NCBI GenBank assembly: GCA_040388415.1
Contig: JAZKBV010000001.1
Location: forward strand, 138,369 to 202,368
From: Patescibacteria group bacterium
Lineage (GTDB): Bacteria > Patescibacteriota > Minisyncoccia > Phycocordibacterales > PALSA-1337
Direction: 5' to 3'
Length of the DNA stretch: 64,000 bases
The position numbers and the translations under genes are program-made. Position 1 is the stretch's first letter. Each line of letters starts with the position of its first letter. The notes beneath the pieces were generated by a model. It was given only the letters and a program-made list of their open reading frames with translations, had not been told where the DNA came from and made no database searches. Below are positions 18,387-27,858 of this stretch, one piece after another.

Positions 18387-19034
18387 CTATTTTCTATTGC
18401 TCAACGCATTCCTTATCGTCTCACTATCTGCATATTCGAGTTCAGCGCCTGTCGAAAGGCCACGACCAAGGATGGTCACTTTGGTTGATGAGAGCATTGA
18501 ATTGCTTGCGGTAACATTTTTGAGTGCATCTCTGACGATAGTCGCCGTGTGCTCGCCGTCAGGTGTCGTATTCAATGAAAGAATAATTTCCTTGATTACC
18601 TGCCTGCCGTCAGGCATGGTTGTTTCTTGGTTTTTGGTTATTCTTTCTAGTAACGTCTTTAATCTGATACGTTTTTCGGGTTCCTTATCGAGTATCGGCA
18701 CGGTACCACCAAGGATAAAATATAACCCCTTATAAGTTCCACTCTTTTCTATACTTTCAAAATCTGAGTCTCGAGCAACGATCATGAGGGTCGAGGCGTC
18801 GCGAGAAGGATCTGCACAGACTGAACAGACAACCTGCTTGGTCGAATTGATGAATAGGCGATGGCACTGCGGACATTCTGAGGTGGCTTTACGAACTTCT
18901 TCAATCAGCTTGATGAACTCAGCGATAGAGGCTGGGGATTTGCCGAGGAGGTAGTATACAAAACGTCGGGCCTGACGTGGGCCGATGCCAGGGAAATGGG
19001 CGAAGAGTTCTTCGAGGCGGTGTAAGCTGTCCAT
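18387..19034 (-). CDS. recR: Recombination protein RecR
   Basis: FPGIGPRQARR, C4 zinc finger, Toprim EIILSLNTTPDGEHTA, GAELEYAD. Confidence 0.96.
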   Translation of the reverse strand: MDSLHRLEELFAHFPGIGPRQARRFVYYLLGKSPASIAEFIKLIEEVRKATSECPQCHRLFINSTKQVVCSVCADPSRDASTLMIVARDSDFESIEKSGTYKGLYFILGGTVPILDKEPEKRIRLKTLLERITKNQETTMPDGRQVIKEIILSLNTTPDGEHTATIVRDALKNVTASNSMLSSTKVTILGRGLSTGAELEYADSETIRNALSNRK

Positions 19035-19100
19035 GGGTATATAGTAAACAGTAAACAGCAATTAGTAAACAGTTGAAAATTTGTATGCTATGATTTTACG

Positions 19101-19580
19101 ATGAACGACTACTATAAAAATCTCCCTAAAAAACGAATGGGCTCCGGCGCACTATTTTTTAATTCTGAGGGCAAGGTGCTCATCGTAAAACCAACCTACA
19201 AAGATTATTGGGAGATACCAGGAGGCGTAACCGAAAATGATGAATCACCTTGGAACACCTGTGTTCGAGAGGTTAAAGAAGAACTTGGCCTGAGTGTTTC
19301 TGGTACAAAACTACTTTCAATTGATTACATTTCAAATAGTGACGGCAAAGGCGAGCGTTTGATGTTTATCTTTGATGGCGGAGAGCTGTCAGATTCGGAT
19401 ATTAAAAATATTTCCTTACAAGAAAAAGAATTGAGCGAATATCGCTTTGTCACTTCAGAGGAAGCTGTTAGTTTGCTCGGTGATAAATTGAAGAGAAGAG
19501 TGGCGAATAGTATTCTGGTAAGAAAAGAAGATAAAGCTCTATATTTGGAGAATGGCGAACCGGCAGATTATTTTAAATAA
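19101..19580 (+). CDS. NUDIX hydrolase
   Basis: WEIPGGVTENDESPWNTCVREVKEELGL. Confidence 0.95.
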   Translation: MNDYYKNLPKKRMGSGALFFNSEGKVLIVKPTYKDYWEIPGGVTENDESPWNTCVREVKEELGLSVSGTKLLSIDYISNSDGKGERLMFIFDGGELSDSDIKNISLQEKELSEYRFVTSEEAVSLLGDKLKRRVANSILVRKEDKALYLENGEPADYFK

Positions 19581-19581
19581 T

Positions 19582-20214
19582 CTAGTTATGATTATTTAAT
19601 AATTCTCTTACATCTTCATCTTTGAGACAATCAAGCACATTTTGCCAGAGTTCAATATTAGTTTCAGCCCACTTTAAGTAGTTTTGCTTGGCAAAATCTG
19701 TGTAAAAATAAATATCTTCATTTAATAATGGAACCTGCTCATTAACAATTTTTTGTGCCAATTTTGATATATCAATTTCGTTTTCAGTAATATATTTTCC
19801 AGCAAAAATAATTGGAGTAATAGGTAGTGCTTTAAACAAAGTGTCAGCGTCACTTAAAACTCTTCCTTCATCTGAAATACTTAGTCCTCGTGTTTTGGTA
19901 TGTGATTCATTAATAATTTTCTCAATCCAGACAATTTCCTGCTCATCATATCCTGATTCAATCAAGTATCTGTTACGTAAAGTTTTACCTTCTTCAGGTT
20001 CTGAATTAGTTTTGACAATATAATTTAGATCATGAACAAGAATCGCAGATTCAATGATTAACGAGTTGATATTAAGTGAACCTGCAATATTTATAGCTTT
20101 ACTTCTAACAAAAACAATATGGTGCCAACCATGAAAAGGTAATTTATTTTTATTTTCAACGTAAAGTGGTTTGAGTATTTGTTCGAGCTTAACTAATTTT
20201 TCAGATAAAGTCAT
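19582..20214 (-). CDS. HD-domain phosphohydrolase
   Basis: FHGWHH, ILVHDL, SDADTL. Confidence 0.88.
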   Translation of the reverse strand: MTLSEKLVKLEQILKPLYVENKNKLPFHGWHHIVFVRSKAINIAGSLNINSLIIESAILVHDLNYIVKTNSEPEEGKTLRNRYLIESGYDEQEIVWIEKIINESHTKTRGLSISDEGRVLSDADTLFKALPITPIIFAGKYITENEIDISKLAQKIVNEQVPLLNEDIYFYTDFAKQNYLKWAETNIELWQNVLDCLKDEDVRELLNNHN

Positions 20215-20262
20215 GTCTACATTGTATCATGTTAATATTTTTTGGCTTTAGACTACACCTAA

Positions 20263-21630
20263 TCAAAACCCACCAAAATCCGCCTTCTCCATAGACATGA
20301 ATGTCGTCTTCTTACTATCGAAGAAGAGCTTGGCGATACCTGTCGGACCGTTACGATGCTTTTCGATGAGGATCTCGGCTTCTTCTTTGCGACCGCCTTG
20401 GTCGGCATCAGACTCGCGGTGAATGAACATGACGACGTCGGCATCTTGCTCGATAGAACCAGAATCACGCAAGTCGGAGAGGCGTGGCTTACCACCACGT
20501 TGTTCCACAGCACGAGAGAGCTGTGAGAGGGCGAGGACGGGCACTTCGAGCTCACGGGCGAGGTTCTTCAAAGCATGCGAAATCTCAGTGATCTGCTGAA
20601 CAAGGTTATCGTTGGCATTTTTTTGAGGGATTATGAGCTGGAGATAGTCGACGATGATGAGGCCGAGCTTGCCTTCGTTCTTGAGGCGACGAGCGACGGC
20701 GCGCATCTTGAGGATATTGTTGCCTGGCTGGTCGTCGATATAGATAGGCGCTTCTGAAAGGCGCGAGATAGCTTCACCGATGGCTTTGAAGTCTTGATCG
20801 ACTGAAAGGTTGTGACCGGTGCGAATCTTCCATGAGTCGACTTGCGACTCAGCAGCGAGCATACGGTCGACGAGCTGCTGTGAGCTCATTTCGAGAGAGA
20901 AGATAGCGACGGGTACTTTGTGATTGATGGCAGCTTTGCGAGCAATGTCGAGAGCAAGAGAGGTCTTACCCATACTTGGGCGAGCAGCGAGAATGATGAG
21001 GTCGGACTTCTGGAAACCCGCAAGCTTGTTGTCGAGTTCGACGAAACCAGTAGGTACGCCACGAAGCTCGTCGCGCGTCTTGTGGAGATGATCGAGGCGT
21101 TCCCACGCTTCGTCGAGAGTGTCTTTGAGGGCGACGAATTTGTTGGAGCCACTTTTGTTGGTGACAGCATAAAGGGCTTTCTCGGCTTTTTCGAGGATCT
21201 CATGGAGATCAGCCTCTTCGTCATAGCCGAGACCAGTGATCTCTTCGGCAGCCTTGAGGAGCTCACGCATGATGTGCTTGTTGGCGACCATTTCGGCATA
21301 GTGGTGGGCGTTGGTTGATGAGGGAACTGAGTTGATGAGCTCAGAGAGGTATGCCATACCACCAACGTTCTCGAGAGCATTCTTTTCTTTGAGGCGTGCT
21401 GAGACGGAGAGGAGATCGATCGGCGTGCTTTTGCTATGAAGTTCAAAGAGAGTCGTCCACACATGGCGGTGTTGGTTGCTGTAAAATGCGCGGTCAGTGA
21501 CGAGGTCGAGGATATCATGCATGACTTCAGGACGGATCATGATCGAGCCGAGGAGGGCTTTTTCAGCTTCGAGCGAGTGCGGTGGGATCTTGAGATCTTT
21601 TGCTTTGAGGTAAGGGGAAGTGGTGGCCAT
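20263..21630 (-). CDS. dnaB: Replicative DNA helicase
   Basis: PPHSLEAE, AARPSMGKT, IVDYLQL, LSQLSR, LRDSGSIEQDAD, KHRNGP. Confidence 0.98.
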   Translation of the reverse strand: MATTSPYLKAKDLKIPPHSLEAEKALLGSIMIRPEVMHDILDLVTDRAFYSNQHRHVWTTLFELHSKSTPIDLLSVSARLKEKNALENVGGMAYLSELINSVPSSTNAHHYAEMVANKHIMRELLKAAEEITGLGYDEEADLHEILEKAEKALYAVTNKSGSNKFVALKDTLDEAWERLDHLHKTRDELRGVPTGFVELDNKLAGFQKSDLIILAARPSMGKTSLALDIARKAAINHKVPVAIFSLEMSSQQLVDRMLAAESQVDSWKIRTGHNLSVDQDFKAIGEAISRLSEAPIYIDDQPGNNILKMRAVARRLKNEGKLGLIIVDYLQLIIPQKNANDNLVQQITEISHALKNLARELEVPVLALSQLSRAVEQRGGKPRLSDLRDSGSIEQDADVVMFIHRESDADQGGRKEEAEILIEKHRNGPTGIAKLFFDSKKTTFMSMEKADFGGF

Positions 21631-21722
21631 GGAAGTATTTTTTGTAATTGGTTTTGTGAGCACATTTTAGCATGAGTGCCGGTGGGAAATTTTCAAAATG
21701 GGAGGTCAAAAAGGGGAAAGGT

Positions 21723-21731
21723 TGTGGATAA
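21723..21731 (-). promoter_or_regulatory. DnaA box upstream of dnaB
   Basis: TGTGGATAA is the reverse complement of consensus TTATCCACA. Confidence 0.6.
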
Positions 21732-21817
21732 ATACTTTATTGAAATTTGAGTGCAACTTTACCGTTTCTTGAGAACTTTTTGAGAGGAATTTTATCTTGA
21801 ATTGGTAGGGTTATTTA

Positions 21818-22189
21818 GTGTCATTTGAATCACGGGCCCATTTTATAAAAGATGCAAGGAATACGTATAAACGGATAAAGAGCGTTTCTTGTCCGGCGTT
21901 TAACTATGAACTTATTTATTTTAATAAACACGGATTTAATCATCTTATTTCAAAACAGAGGTTGCTCAGAAGTAAGAATGAACAAGCAAGAAGAATCAAT
22001 TTGTTACCACATGCAGTAATTCTTATTGAATCCGTGCATAAAATATGTGGATATAAGAAAACTGTTGTTGATTCTTCAATAGGACACTTCTGGACATTAA
22101 AAGGGAATATCGAAGGTAAAAATATTCGCGTTATCATTCGACAGCTAAACCAGGGTAATAAGCACTTTTTCAGTGTGATGGATGAATAG
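21818..22189 (+). CDS. Small basic protein, putative BECR-fold (barnase/EndoU/colicin E5-D/RelE-like) RNase
   Basis: IYFNKHGFNHL, RRINLL, and a C-terminal strand meander HFWTL..IRVIIRQ..KHFFSVM. Confidence 0.55.
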   Translation: MSFESRAHFIKDARNTYKRIKSVSCPAFNYELIYFNKHGFNHLISKQRLLRSKNEQARRINLLPHAVILIESVHKICGYKKTVVDSSIGHFWTLKGNIEGKNIRVIIRQLNQGNKHFFSVMDE

Positions 22190-22284
22190 CACAAAACCTC
22201 CCGGAGGAGGCTTGTGACGCTTGCTATCAACAATTGTGCCGATCGAATCATCTTGGTTTTGAAGCCAATGACTCGCAAACGTAT
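22190..22284 (-). ncRNA. Putative ~95-nt structured small RNA (three-way junction plus terminator)
   Basis: Promoter at 22291-22320, three stems whose mismatches are all G-U on the minus strand, and a terminal hairpin at 22190-22216. Confidence 0.6.
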
Positions 22285-22290
22285 GGAAGC

Positions 22291-22320
22291 ATTTTAGTAT
22301 TTCTTGGATAAGGAAGTCAA
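22291..22320 (-). promoter_or_regulatory. Sigma70 promoter for the putative sRNA
   Basis: TTGACT-18 nt-TAAAAT. Confidence 0.6.
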
Positions 22321-22426
22321 GTAAATTATGTAAAGAAAAACCACATGATTTTTCAAACATATTTATCATTGACAAATATAGTATTTTGTAATTAAATAGA
22401 GAAAAACAAAAAGCACTTTTTAAATT

Positions 22427-22993
22427 ATGAATACTGAGTTACTCACGCAGGGTAATTATGCTCATGGACTGTCTCTCTATGGCCAATTTAACATGGAGAT
22501 AGGTTTTCGTGAGCTTGAAACTTATAAAAAACCAACGCCGCAATCATCACACTGTTACGAGCATTATTACCATCCCTTTGGTCTTGAGCGCCCAGAGAGC
22601 ACTCGGTTTGTCGGCATTCAGGATCAACCGGAGTTGTCTTATAATCTCTTCATGATCCATCTGCATTCTTACTTTAGGAACTATGCAGAAGGATGCAAAG
22701 ATACGCGTCTGCTGCGAGTGATTACCTTTAAAGATGATGTAAATTCGATCTCGCTCAGTCCCTCCGTTTTCTTTGAAATTAGAATGGGAACAAAATATCG
22801 TGATCGTGGACATCTCTTCGGTGCCTATGCTAATGAAACAGGGGCTTATCGGTTCATTCGGGAAAAGACTGATGTCTTTGCTTTTATTGCCAAGATTACA
22901 GATTTGAAAGTCGAGTTTCATGAAGTCCGTCGTATCGAAGTTCCTGATTTATATCTTGAAACTAGTCCCGTGGAAATTCTACAGGCAAGTTAA
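22427..22993 (+). CDS. Hypothetical orphan protein
   Basis: 188-aa ORF, TTGACA upstream, terminator AGCGCGCCA/TGGCGCGCTTTTT at 23000-23029. Confidence 0.65.
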   Translation: MNTELLTQGNYAHGLSLYGQFNMEIGFRELETYKKPTPQSSHCYEHYYHPFGLERPESTRFVGIQDQPELSYNLFMIHLHSYFRNYAEGCKDTRLLRVITFKDDVNSISLSPSVFFEIRMGTKYRDRGHLFGAYANETGAYRFIREKTDVFAFIAKITDLKVEFHEVRRIEVPDLYLETSPVEILQAS

Positions 22994-23093
22994 TTTCACA
23001 GCGCGCCAGCATTAGTTGGCGCGCTTTTTATATACTAAATTATTCATACTGATGTTGCCATTTCCCCAAAAACGTGCTATCTTCGGTCTACTT

Positions 23094-25754
23094 ATGTCAG
23101 CTGCTCACTCTCACAATTCGCGCCCAGAAAAGTCTGATAAAATCGTGCGCAGAAACTCATCTATCCACGGCGAAGACCGCCTGATCGTCAAAGGGGCGCG
23201 TACCCATAACCTCAAGAACATCACGGTTGAGATGCCGCGCAACACCATGATCGCTATCACTGGTCTTTCTGGCTCAGGGAAATCATCGCTTGCGTTCGAT
23301 ACTATCTTTGCTGAAGGTCAGCGCCGCTACGTCGAGTCGCTCTCAGCCTATGCTCGTCAGTTCCTCCACAAGATGCAGAAGCCTGACGTTGACGAGATCA
23401 TCGGTCTCTCGCCAGCGATCTCTATCGACCAGAAGTCTCGCTCGAACAACCCGCGCTCAACAGTCGCGACTATCACCGAGATCTACGACTATATGCGTAT
23501 CTTGTTTGCGCGCGTGGGCAAGCCGCATTGTTTAACCTGCGGACGCCTCATTCACCGCATCTCAAAAGAAGAAATCCTTCAGACTATCCTCAAAACCATC
23601 ACTGAGAAATCTCTTCGCGACAAAAAAGTCTTTGGCGTCGAGTTCAGCGCAGCTAAAGTCGGCATCTACGCGCCAGTCGTTGTCGGTCGCAAAGGCGAGT
23701 ACTATCAGCTCCTCTATGATCTCCTCGGCAAAGGCTATGAGCGCGTGCGCATCGACGGCGTGCCTCATAAACTCCGCGACCAGATCATTCTTGAGAAAAA
23801 CAAAAAGCACGATATCGATGTGCTTGTCGATGAGCTGTTCCTGAGCGAATTCAAAGACAAGAAAAATGCTGACAATGCCAAAGAACGTCTCTCAGAAGCC
23901 CTCGAACGCGCAGTCCAAGAAGCAGACGGTCTGATCAAGATCCAGTACCCGGGACAGGTAGATGGTAGTGAAGTCCTCATGTCGGTCAAGTTCATGTGTC
24001 CATACGACGGCTTTTCATATCCTGAGATCGAGCCAAGACTTTTCTCATTCAACTCACCATACGGCGCCTGTTCAGCATGTAACGGTCTTGGCACAGAAAC
24101 TATTTTCTCTGATGATCCCTGTAAGGTCTGTATGGGCGCACGTCTCCGCCCAGAAGCACTATTCGTAAAGATCGGCGAGCAGAACATCGTCGATGTCGTC
24201 AACATGTCTATCGAAAAAGCGGTAAAGTATTTTGAAGAGATCAAACTAACTGACTCAGAAAAGGAAATTGCCAAAGTTGTCCTCAAAGAAATTGATGCGC
24301 GTCTTTCATTTATGATAAACGTGGGTATCGAATATCTCACCCTCAATCGTCGTGCACACACATTGTCCGGCGGTGAAGCTCAGCGTATTCGTTTGGCGTC
24401 ACAACTTGGCTCTGGCCTCGTCGGCGCTTTATACGTCTTGGACGAACCAACTATTGGTCTTCATCAAAGAGATAATGATAAACTCATAAAAACTCTTTTA
24501 CATTTGCGCGACATCGGCAATACCATTATCGTCGTCGAACACGATGAGGATACAATGTATGCCTCTGACTATATCGTTGATATTGGTCCCGGTGCTGGCG
24601 TACATGGTGGTGAAGTTGTCGTGGCAGGATATCTCGATGAGCTTCTCACTGCAAAAACTTTGCCGAAGGGTGGTGGCAAAGAGTCGCTCACTCTCGCATA
24701 CCTCCGTGGTGAAGCGAAGATCGCTGTGCCGCATACACGCCGCGAACCAAAAGGGAAGATCATCATCCGCAATGGCCACGCTTTCAATATTAAAGATATG
24801 AATGTTGATCTACCTCTCGGCGTCCTCAACGTCATCACCGGTGTCTCTGGTTCAGGCAAGTCATCGCTCATGTATGAGATCATCCACAAGAACCTTGCAC
24901 GCAGACTTGAAGCCCGTGTTCGTTCAAACGAAGTAGTTAACGCTTCAGAATTTAAAGGATCAGAGTACCTCGGTCGCGTCATCCTCATCGACCAATCACC
25001 AATCGGTCGTACACCTCGCTCGAACCCTGCGACATATACCGGCGCATGGACTCATGTTCGTGATCTCTTTGCATCAGAGCCTGAAGCTCGTGCACGTGGT
25101 TGGACTGCCAGCCGTTTCTCATTCAACCGTCCCGGTGGACGCTGTGAAGCATGTGAAGGTAATGGTGAGATCGCTGTTGAGATGCACTTCCTCCCAACGG
25201 TCTATGTGACCTGTGAAGTCTGTGGTGGCAAGCGCTTTACCAAAGAAACATTGGAGATAAAATTCCGCAAGAAGAATATTCATGAAGTGCTTGAACTTAC
25301 TATCGAAGAGGCGCTCGAATATTTCAAAGATATCCCGGCAGTTGAAGATCGCCTGAGTACGCTCATGGAAGTGGGTCTGGGCTATGTAAAGCTCGGTCAG
25401 TCAGCAACGACGCTCTCCGGCGGTGAAGCTCAGCGCGTCAAGATCTCATCTGAACTCTATCGTGCGCATATGCAAAAGACGATCTATCTTCTCGATGAAC
25501 CAACCGTTGGTTTGCACTATGAAGACGTCAAGAAGCTCATTGAGATTCTTCAGAGACTCGTCGAGAAGGGAAATACGGTTGTAGTTATCGAGCATAACCT
25601 CGATCTCATCAAGTGTGCAGACTATGTCATCGACATCGGTCCCGAAGGTGGTGAACGTGGGGGTACTATTGTTGCCAAAGGAACTCCTGAGGATGTGGCT
25701 AAGAGTGAAAAGTCATATACGGGTAAATATTTGAAGAAGGTGTTGAAGAAATAG
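23094..25754 (+). CDS. uvrA: Excinuclease ABC subunit A
   Basis: [28 protein letters not shown] twice, LDEPT twice, zinc fingers. Confidence 0.99.
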   Translation: MSAAHSHNSRPEKSDKIVRRNSSIHGEDRLIVKGARTHNLKNITVEMPRNTMIAITGLSGSGKSSLAFDTIFAEGQRRYVESLSAYARQFLHKMQKPDVDEIIGLSPAISIDQKSRSNNPRSTVATITEIYDYMRILFARVGKPHCLTCGRLIHRISKEEILQTILKTITEKSLRDKKVFGVEFSAAKVGIYAPVVVGRKGEYYQLLYDLLGKGYERVRIDGVPHKLRDQIILEKNKKHDIDVLVDELFLSEFKDKKNADNAKERLSEALERAVQEADGLIKIQYPGQVDGSEVLMSVKFMCPYDGFSYPEIEPRLFSFNSPYGACSACNGLGTETIFSDDPCKVCMGARLRPEALFVKIGEQNIVDVVNMSIEKAVKYFEEIKLTDSEKEIAKVVLKEIDARLSFMINVGIEYLTLNRRAHTLSGGEAQRIRLASQLGSGLVGALYVLDEPTIGLHQRDNDKLIKTLLHLRDIGNTIIVVEHDEDTMYASDYIVDIGPGAGVHGGEVVVAGYLDELLTAKTLPKGGGKESLTLAYLRGEAKIAVPHTRREPKGKIIIRNGHAFNIKDMNVDLPLGVLNVITGVSGSGKSSLMYEIIHKNLARRLEARVRSNEVVNASEFKGSEYLGRVILIDQSPIGRTPRSNPATYTGAWTHVRDLFASEPEARARGWTASRFSFNRPGGRCEACEGNGEIAVEMHFLPTVYVTCEVCGGKRFTKETLEIKFRKKNIHEVLELTIEEALEYFKDIPAVEDRLSTLMEVGLGYVKLGQSATTLSGGEAQRVKISSELYRAHMQKTIYLLDEPTVGLHYEDVKKLIEILQRLVEKGNTVVVIEHNLDLIKCADYVIDIGPEGGERGGTIVAKGTPEDVAKSEKSYTGKYLKKVLKK

Positions 25755-25800
25755 CAATACGAATTTGCCAATAAAACGAATGGTACGAAAAATACAAATA

Positions 25801-25829
25801 AAAAACCGAGCGGATGAGCCGTTCGGTTT
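25801..25829. terminator. Terminator between uvrA and the convergent orphan pair
   Basis: AAAAACCGAGCGG-atgag-CCGTTCGGTTT. Confidence 0.7.
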
Positions 25830-25843
25830 GTGTTTGTGCCATG

Positions 25844-25978
25844 TCAGTGAAACAAATGGACAAGGAAATAGATGCCTCCGACGATGATCGCCAATACAAT
25901 AGAAATAGAAAGCGGTATGCCCCATTTATACGATTGATTACCACCAAATTTCTCTTGCAGATCACGTATCAGTCTCAT
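25844..25978 (-). CDS. 44-aa single-TM micro-protein (absent from ORF track)
   Basis: MRLIRDLQEKFGGNQSYKWGIPLSISIVLAIIVGGIYFLVHLFH*; ATGA overlap with the upstream stop; GGAGG SD. Confidence 0.7.
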   Translation of the reverse strand: MRLIRDLQEKFGGNQSYKWGIPLSISIVLAIIVGGIYFLVHLFH

Positions 25979-26427
25979 GCATACCTCCGTTCCGCATCAG
26001 AGCCGCCATATTTCCAACCCAGATTTTCCTCATGTTCAGGTGTCCAAGTAATGGTGATTTCTTCAGTGCATGTGCGCACGACGCCGACGATGCTACTGAT
26101 CACGATCACCACCAGATAACTGCCAAAGATAATCCCTAGTGGAATCAAGATTACTCCAATCCCAAGGGCGATTTTTCGTATAGTTTCCCGAGGTGATTCC
26201 TTCGTATCTGGAGTTTTGAAAAGCTCGATGACAAGGACTGATATCATAAAGATAACGGTAACCGTGACCATCCAGTCATATTTCACGAGCATGTAGATAT
26301 ACAAGCACATCAGGCCGAGCACTGCGATGGCCATGCAACAGGCTAAAGTGAACCAAACCATGGTTGCACTTGATGTGCTCCATTCTTTCGTCGGGCGAAG
26401 GTCGTTGAGGGGAGTGTCTTGTTCCAT
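25975..26427 (-). CDS. Hypothetical multi-TM membrane protein
   Basis: Start MEQDT with SD GAAAGGA; about three hydrophobic helices. Confidence 0.7.
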   Translation of the reverse strand: MEQDTPLNDLRPTKEWSTSSATMVWFTLACCMAIAVLGLMCLYIYMLVKYDWMVTVTVIFMISVLVIELFKTPDTKESPRETIRKIALGIGVILIPLGIIFGSYLVVIVISSIVGVVRTCTEEITITWTPEHEENLGWKYGGSDAERRYA

Positions 26428-26517
26428 ATAGGATCCTTTCTCGTTGTGGTTTTTTGTTTGAAGCGTTTGTGTGAATGAAACTTGCGAACCGTCCGTCAAT
26501 ACCATACTCTTAGCATC

Positions 26518-27789
26518 ATGATCAGTCAACAGGTCAAAAAACTCGATATCCCTGAGCTTCCTGGCGTCTATATCTTCAGGGATTATCAGAAGCGCCCGCT
26601 CTATATCGGTCGCGCCACTTCGCTTAAGGATCGCACCAGGAGCTATTTTAGTAATGATCTCATCGAGACTCGAGGACCACGCATCGTCGATATGGTCACC
26701 AAAGCAAAGACGCTGACATGGGAAACGACCGACTCCGTTCTTGAAGCTATCATCCTTGAAAGTGCCCTTATCAAAAAATATCAGCCCCACTACAATGTCG
26801 ATGAGCGTGATGATAAGAGCTCATACTATGTCGTCATAACCAAAGAAGAATGGCCACGGGTATTCCTTGCACGCGCCCGTGATTTTGATGCTAAAAGATC
26901 CGGCGATGTATTCGATGATGGGAAGACGAGTTACAAAGTAAAAGCTGTCTTTGGCCCGTATGTGCATTCAGGTCTGATCAAAGAGGCTCTTAAAATCCTC
27001 CGTAAAATGTTTCCATTCAAGGACGTGAAGTCATTTGATGCGCGGCACAACTCTTTCTATGAAGCGCTTGGTCGGTCACCAAAGGGAACTGATGACAATT
27101 CAAAACGTCGCTATCAACGCACCATCGCCAACCTCATTCTTTTCTTTGAGGGAAAAAAGAAGCTCCTGCAAGCAAAGCTCCAGAGAGATATGAATATGTA
27201 TGCCAAGAAGATGGAATTTGAAGAAGCGCAAAAGGCGAAGAGGCTTATCTATGCGCTTGACCACGTGAATGATATGGCGTTAATAAAAGAAGAAAAAAAC
27301 ACCATGAGGCCTGCCGGCGGCGGACAAGGATCACAGGAAGCAACGCACAGAGATTTCCGTATGGAGGCCTATGACGTTGCACATCTCTCTGGCACCAATG
27401 TTGTCGGTGCATTTGCCGTGATGGTTGACGGGGAGTTTGATAAGAGCCAGTACCGAAAATTTATTTTATCTTCGCAAGAGAATAATGATGTGAAAAATTT
27501 GAGAGAGATTTTGACTCGCAGGCTTAATCATACAGAGTGGGCTTTCCCTGATCTAATTGTCGTAGATGGAGGTGAAGCTCAGTTGAATGCAGCGAAAGAA
27601 ATTTTATCTGCACGGCGCATCTCAATTCCTATTGTAGGTCTTGTTAAAGATGAGCGTCATAAGGCTCGAATGATTATCGGTGACTTTGAAGCATTTAAGG
27701 AAAAGGCGCGCGACATAGTTCGGCTCAATGAAGAGACGCATCGATATACGATCGCATTTCATAAAAAGAGGAGAGGGAAGTTGGTGTAA
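26518..27789 (+). CDS. uvrC: Excinuclease ABC subunit C (short, no C-terminal HhH)
   Basis: GIY-YIG PGVYIF..LYIGRA, ILESALIK, EAYDVAH, PDLIVVDGG. Confidence 0.93.
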   Translation: MISQQVKKLDIPELPGVYIFRDYQKRPLYIGRATSLKDRTRSYFSNDLIETRGPRIVDMVTKAKTLTWETTDSVLEAIILESALIKKYQPHYNVDERDDKSSYYVVITKEEWPRVFLARARDFDAKRSGDVFDDGKTSYKVKAVFGPYVHSGLIKEALKILRKMFPFKDVKSFDARHNSFYEALGRSPKGTDDNSKRRYQRTIANLILFFEGKKKLLQAKLQRDMNMYAKKMEFEEAQKAKRLIYALDHVNDMALIKEEKNTMRPAGGGQGSQEATHRDFRMEAYDVAHLSGTNVVGAFAVMVDGEFDKSQYRKFILSSQENNDVKNLREILTRRLNHTEWAFPDLIVVDGGEAQLNAAKEILSARRISIPIVGLVKDERHKARMIIGDFEAFKEKARDIVRLNEETHRYTIAFHKKRRGKLV

Positions 27790-27858
27790 AAGAAAAGGCG
27801 CCCAAAATAGGGATCTTTTCAACTTTCAACTTTGAGCATTTCACGCTAAAATGAGCGC

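Noticed and set aside
20886-21518. 210-aa alternative-frame ORF in dnaB, and similar shadow ORFs in uvrA, leuS, rpoA and others
   Set aside because: Ser/Arg-rich products typical of off-frame reading of biased codons; no motifs or start signals.
21666-21680. TTAGCATGAGTGC as a CIRCE element
   Set aside because: Spacing and arms do not fit TTAGCACTC-N9-GAGTGCTAA; it overlaps the dnaB -10 box.
22190-22284. The structured RNA as a tRNA, hammerhead ribozyme or riboswitch
   Set aside because: It has no T-loop GTTC or CCA, no CUGAUGA/GAAA core, and no downstream gene on the same strand to regulate.
26428-26790. N-terminal extension of the 271-aa minus-strand ORF overlapping uvrC
   Set aside because: Antisense shadow of uvrC; the SD supports a start at 26427.
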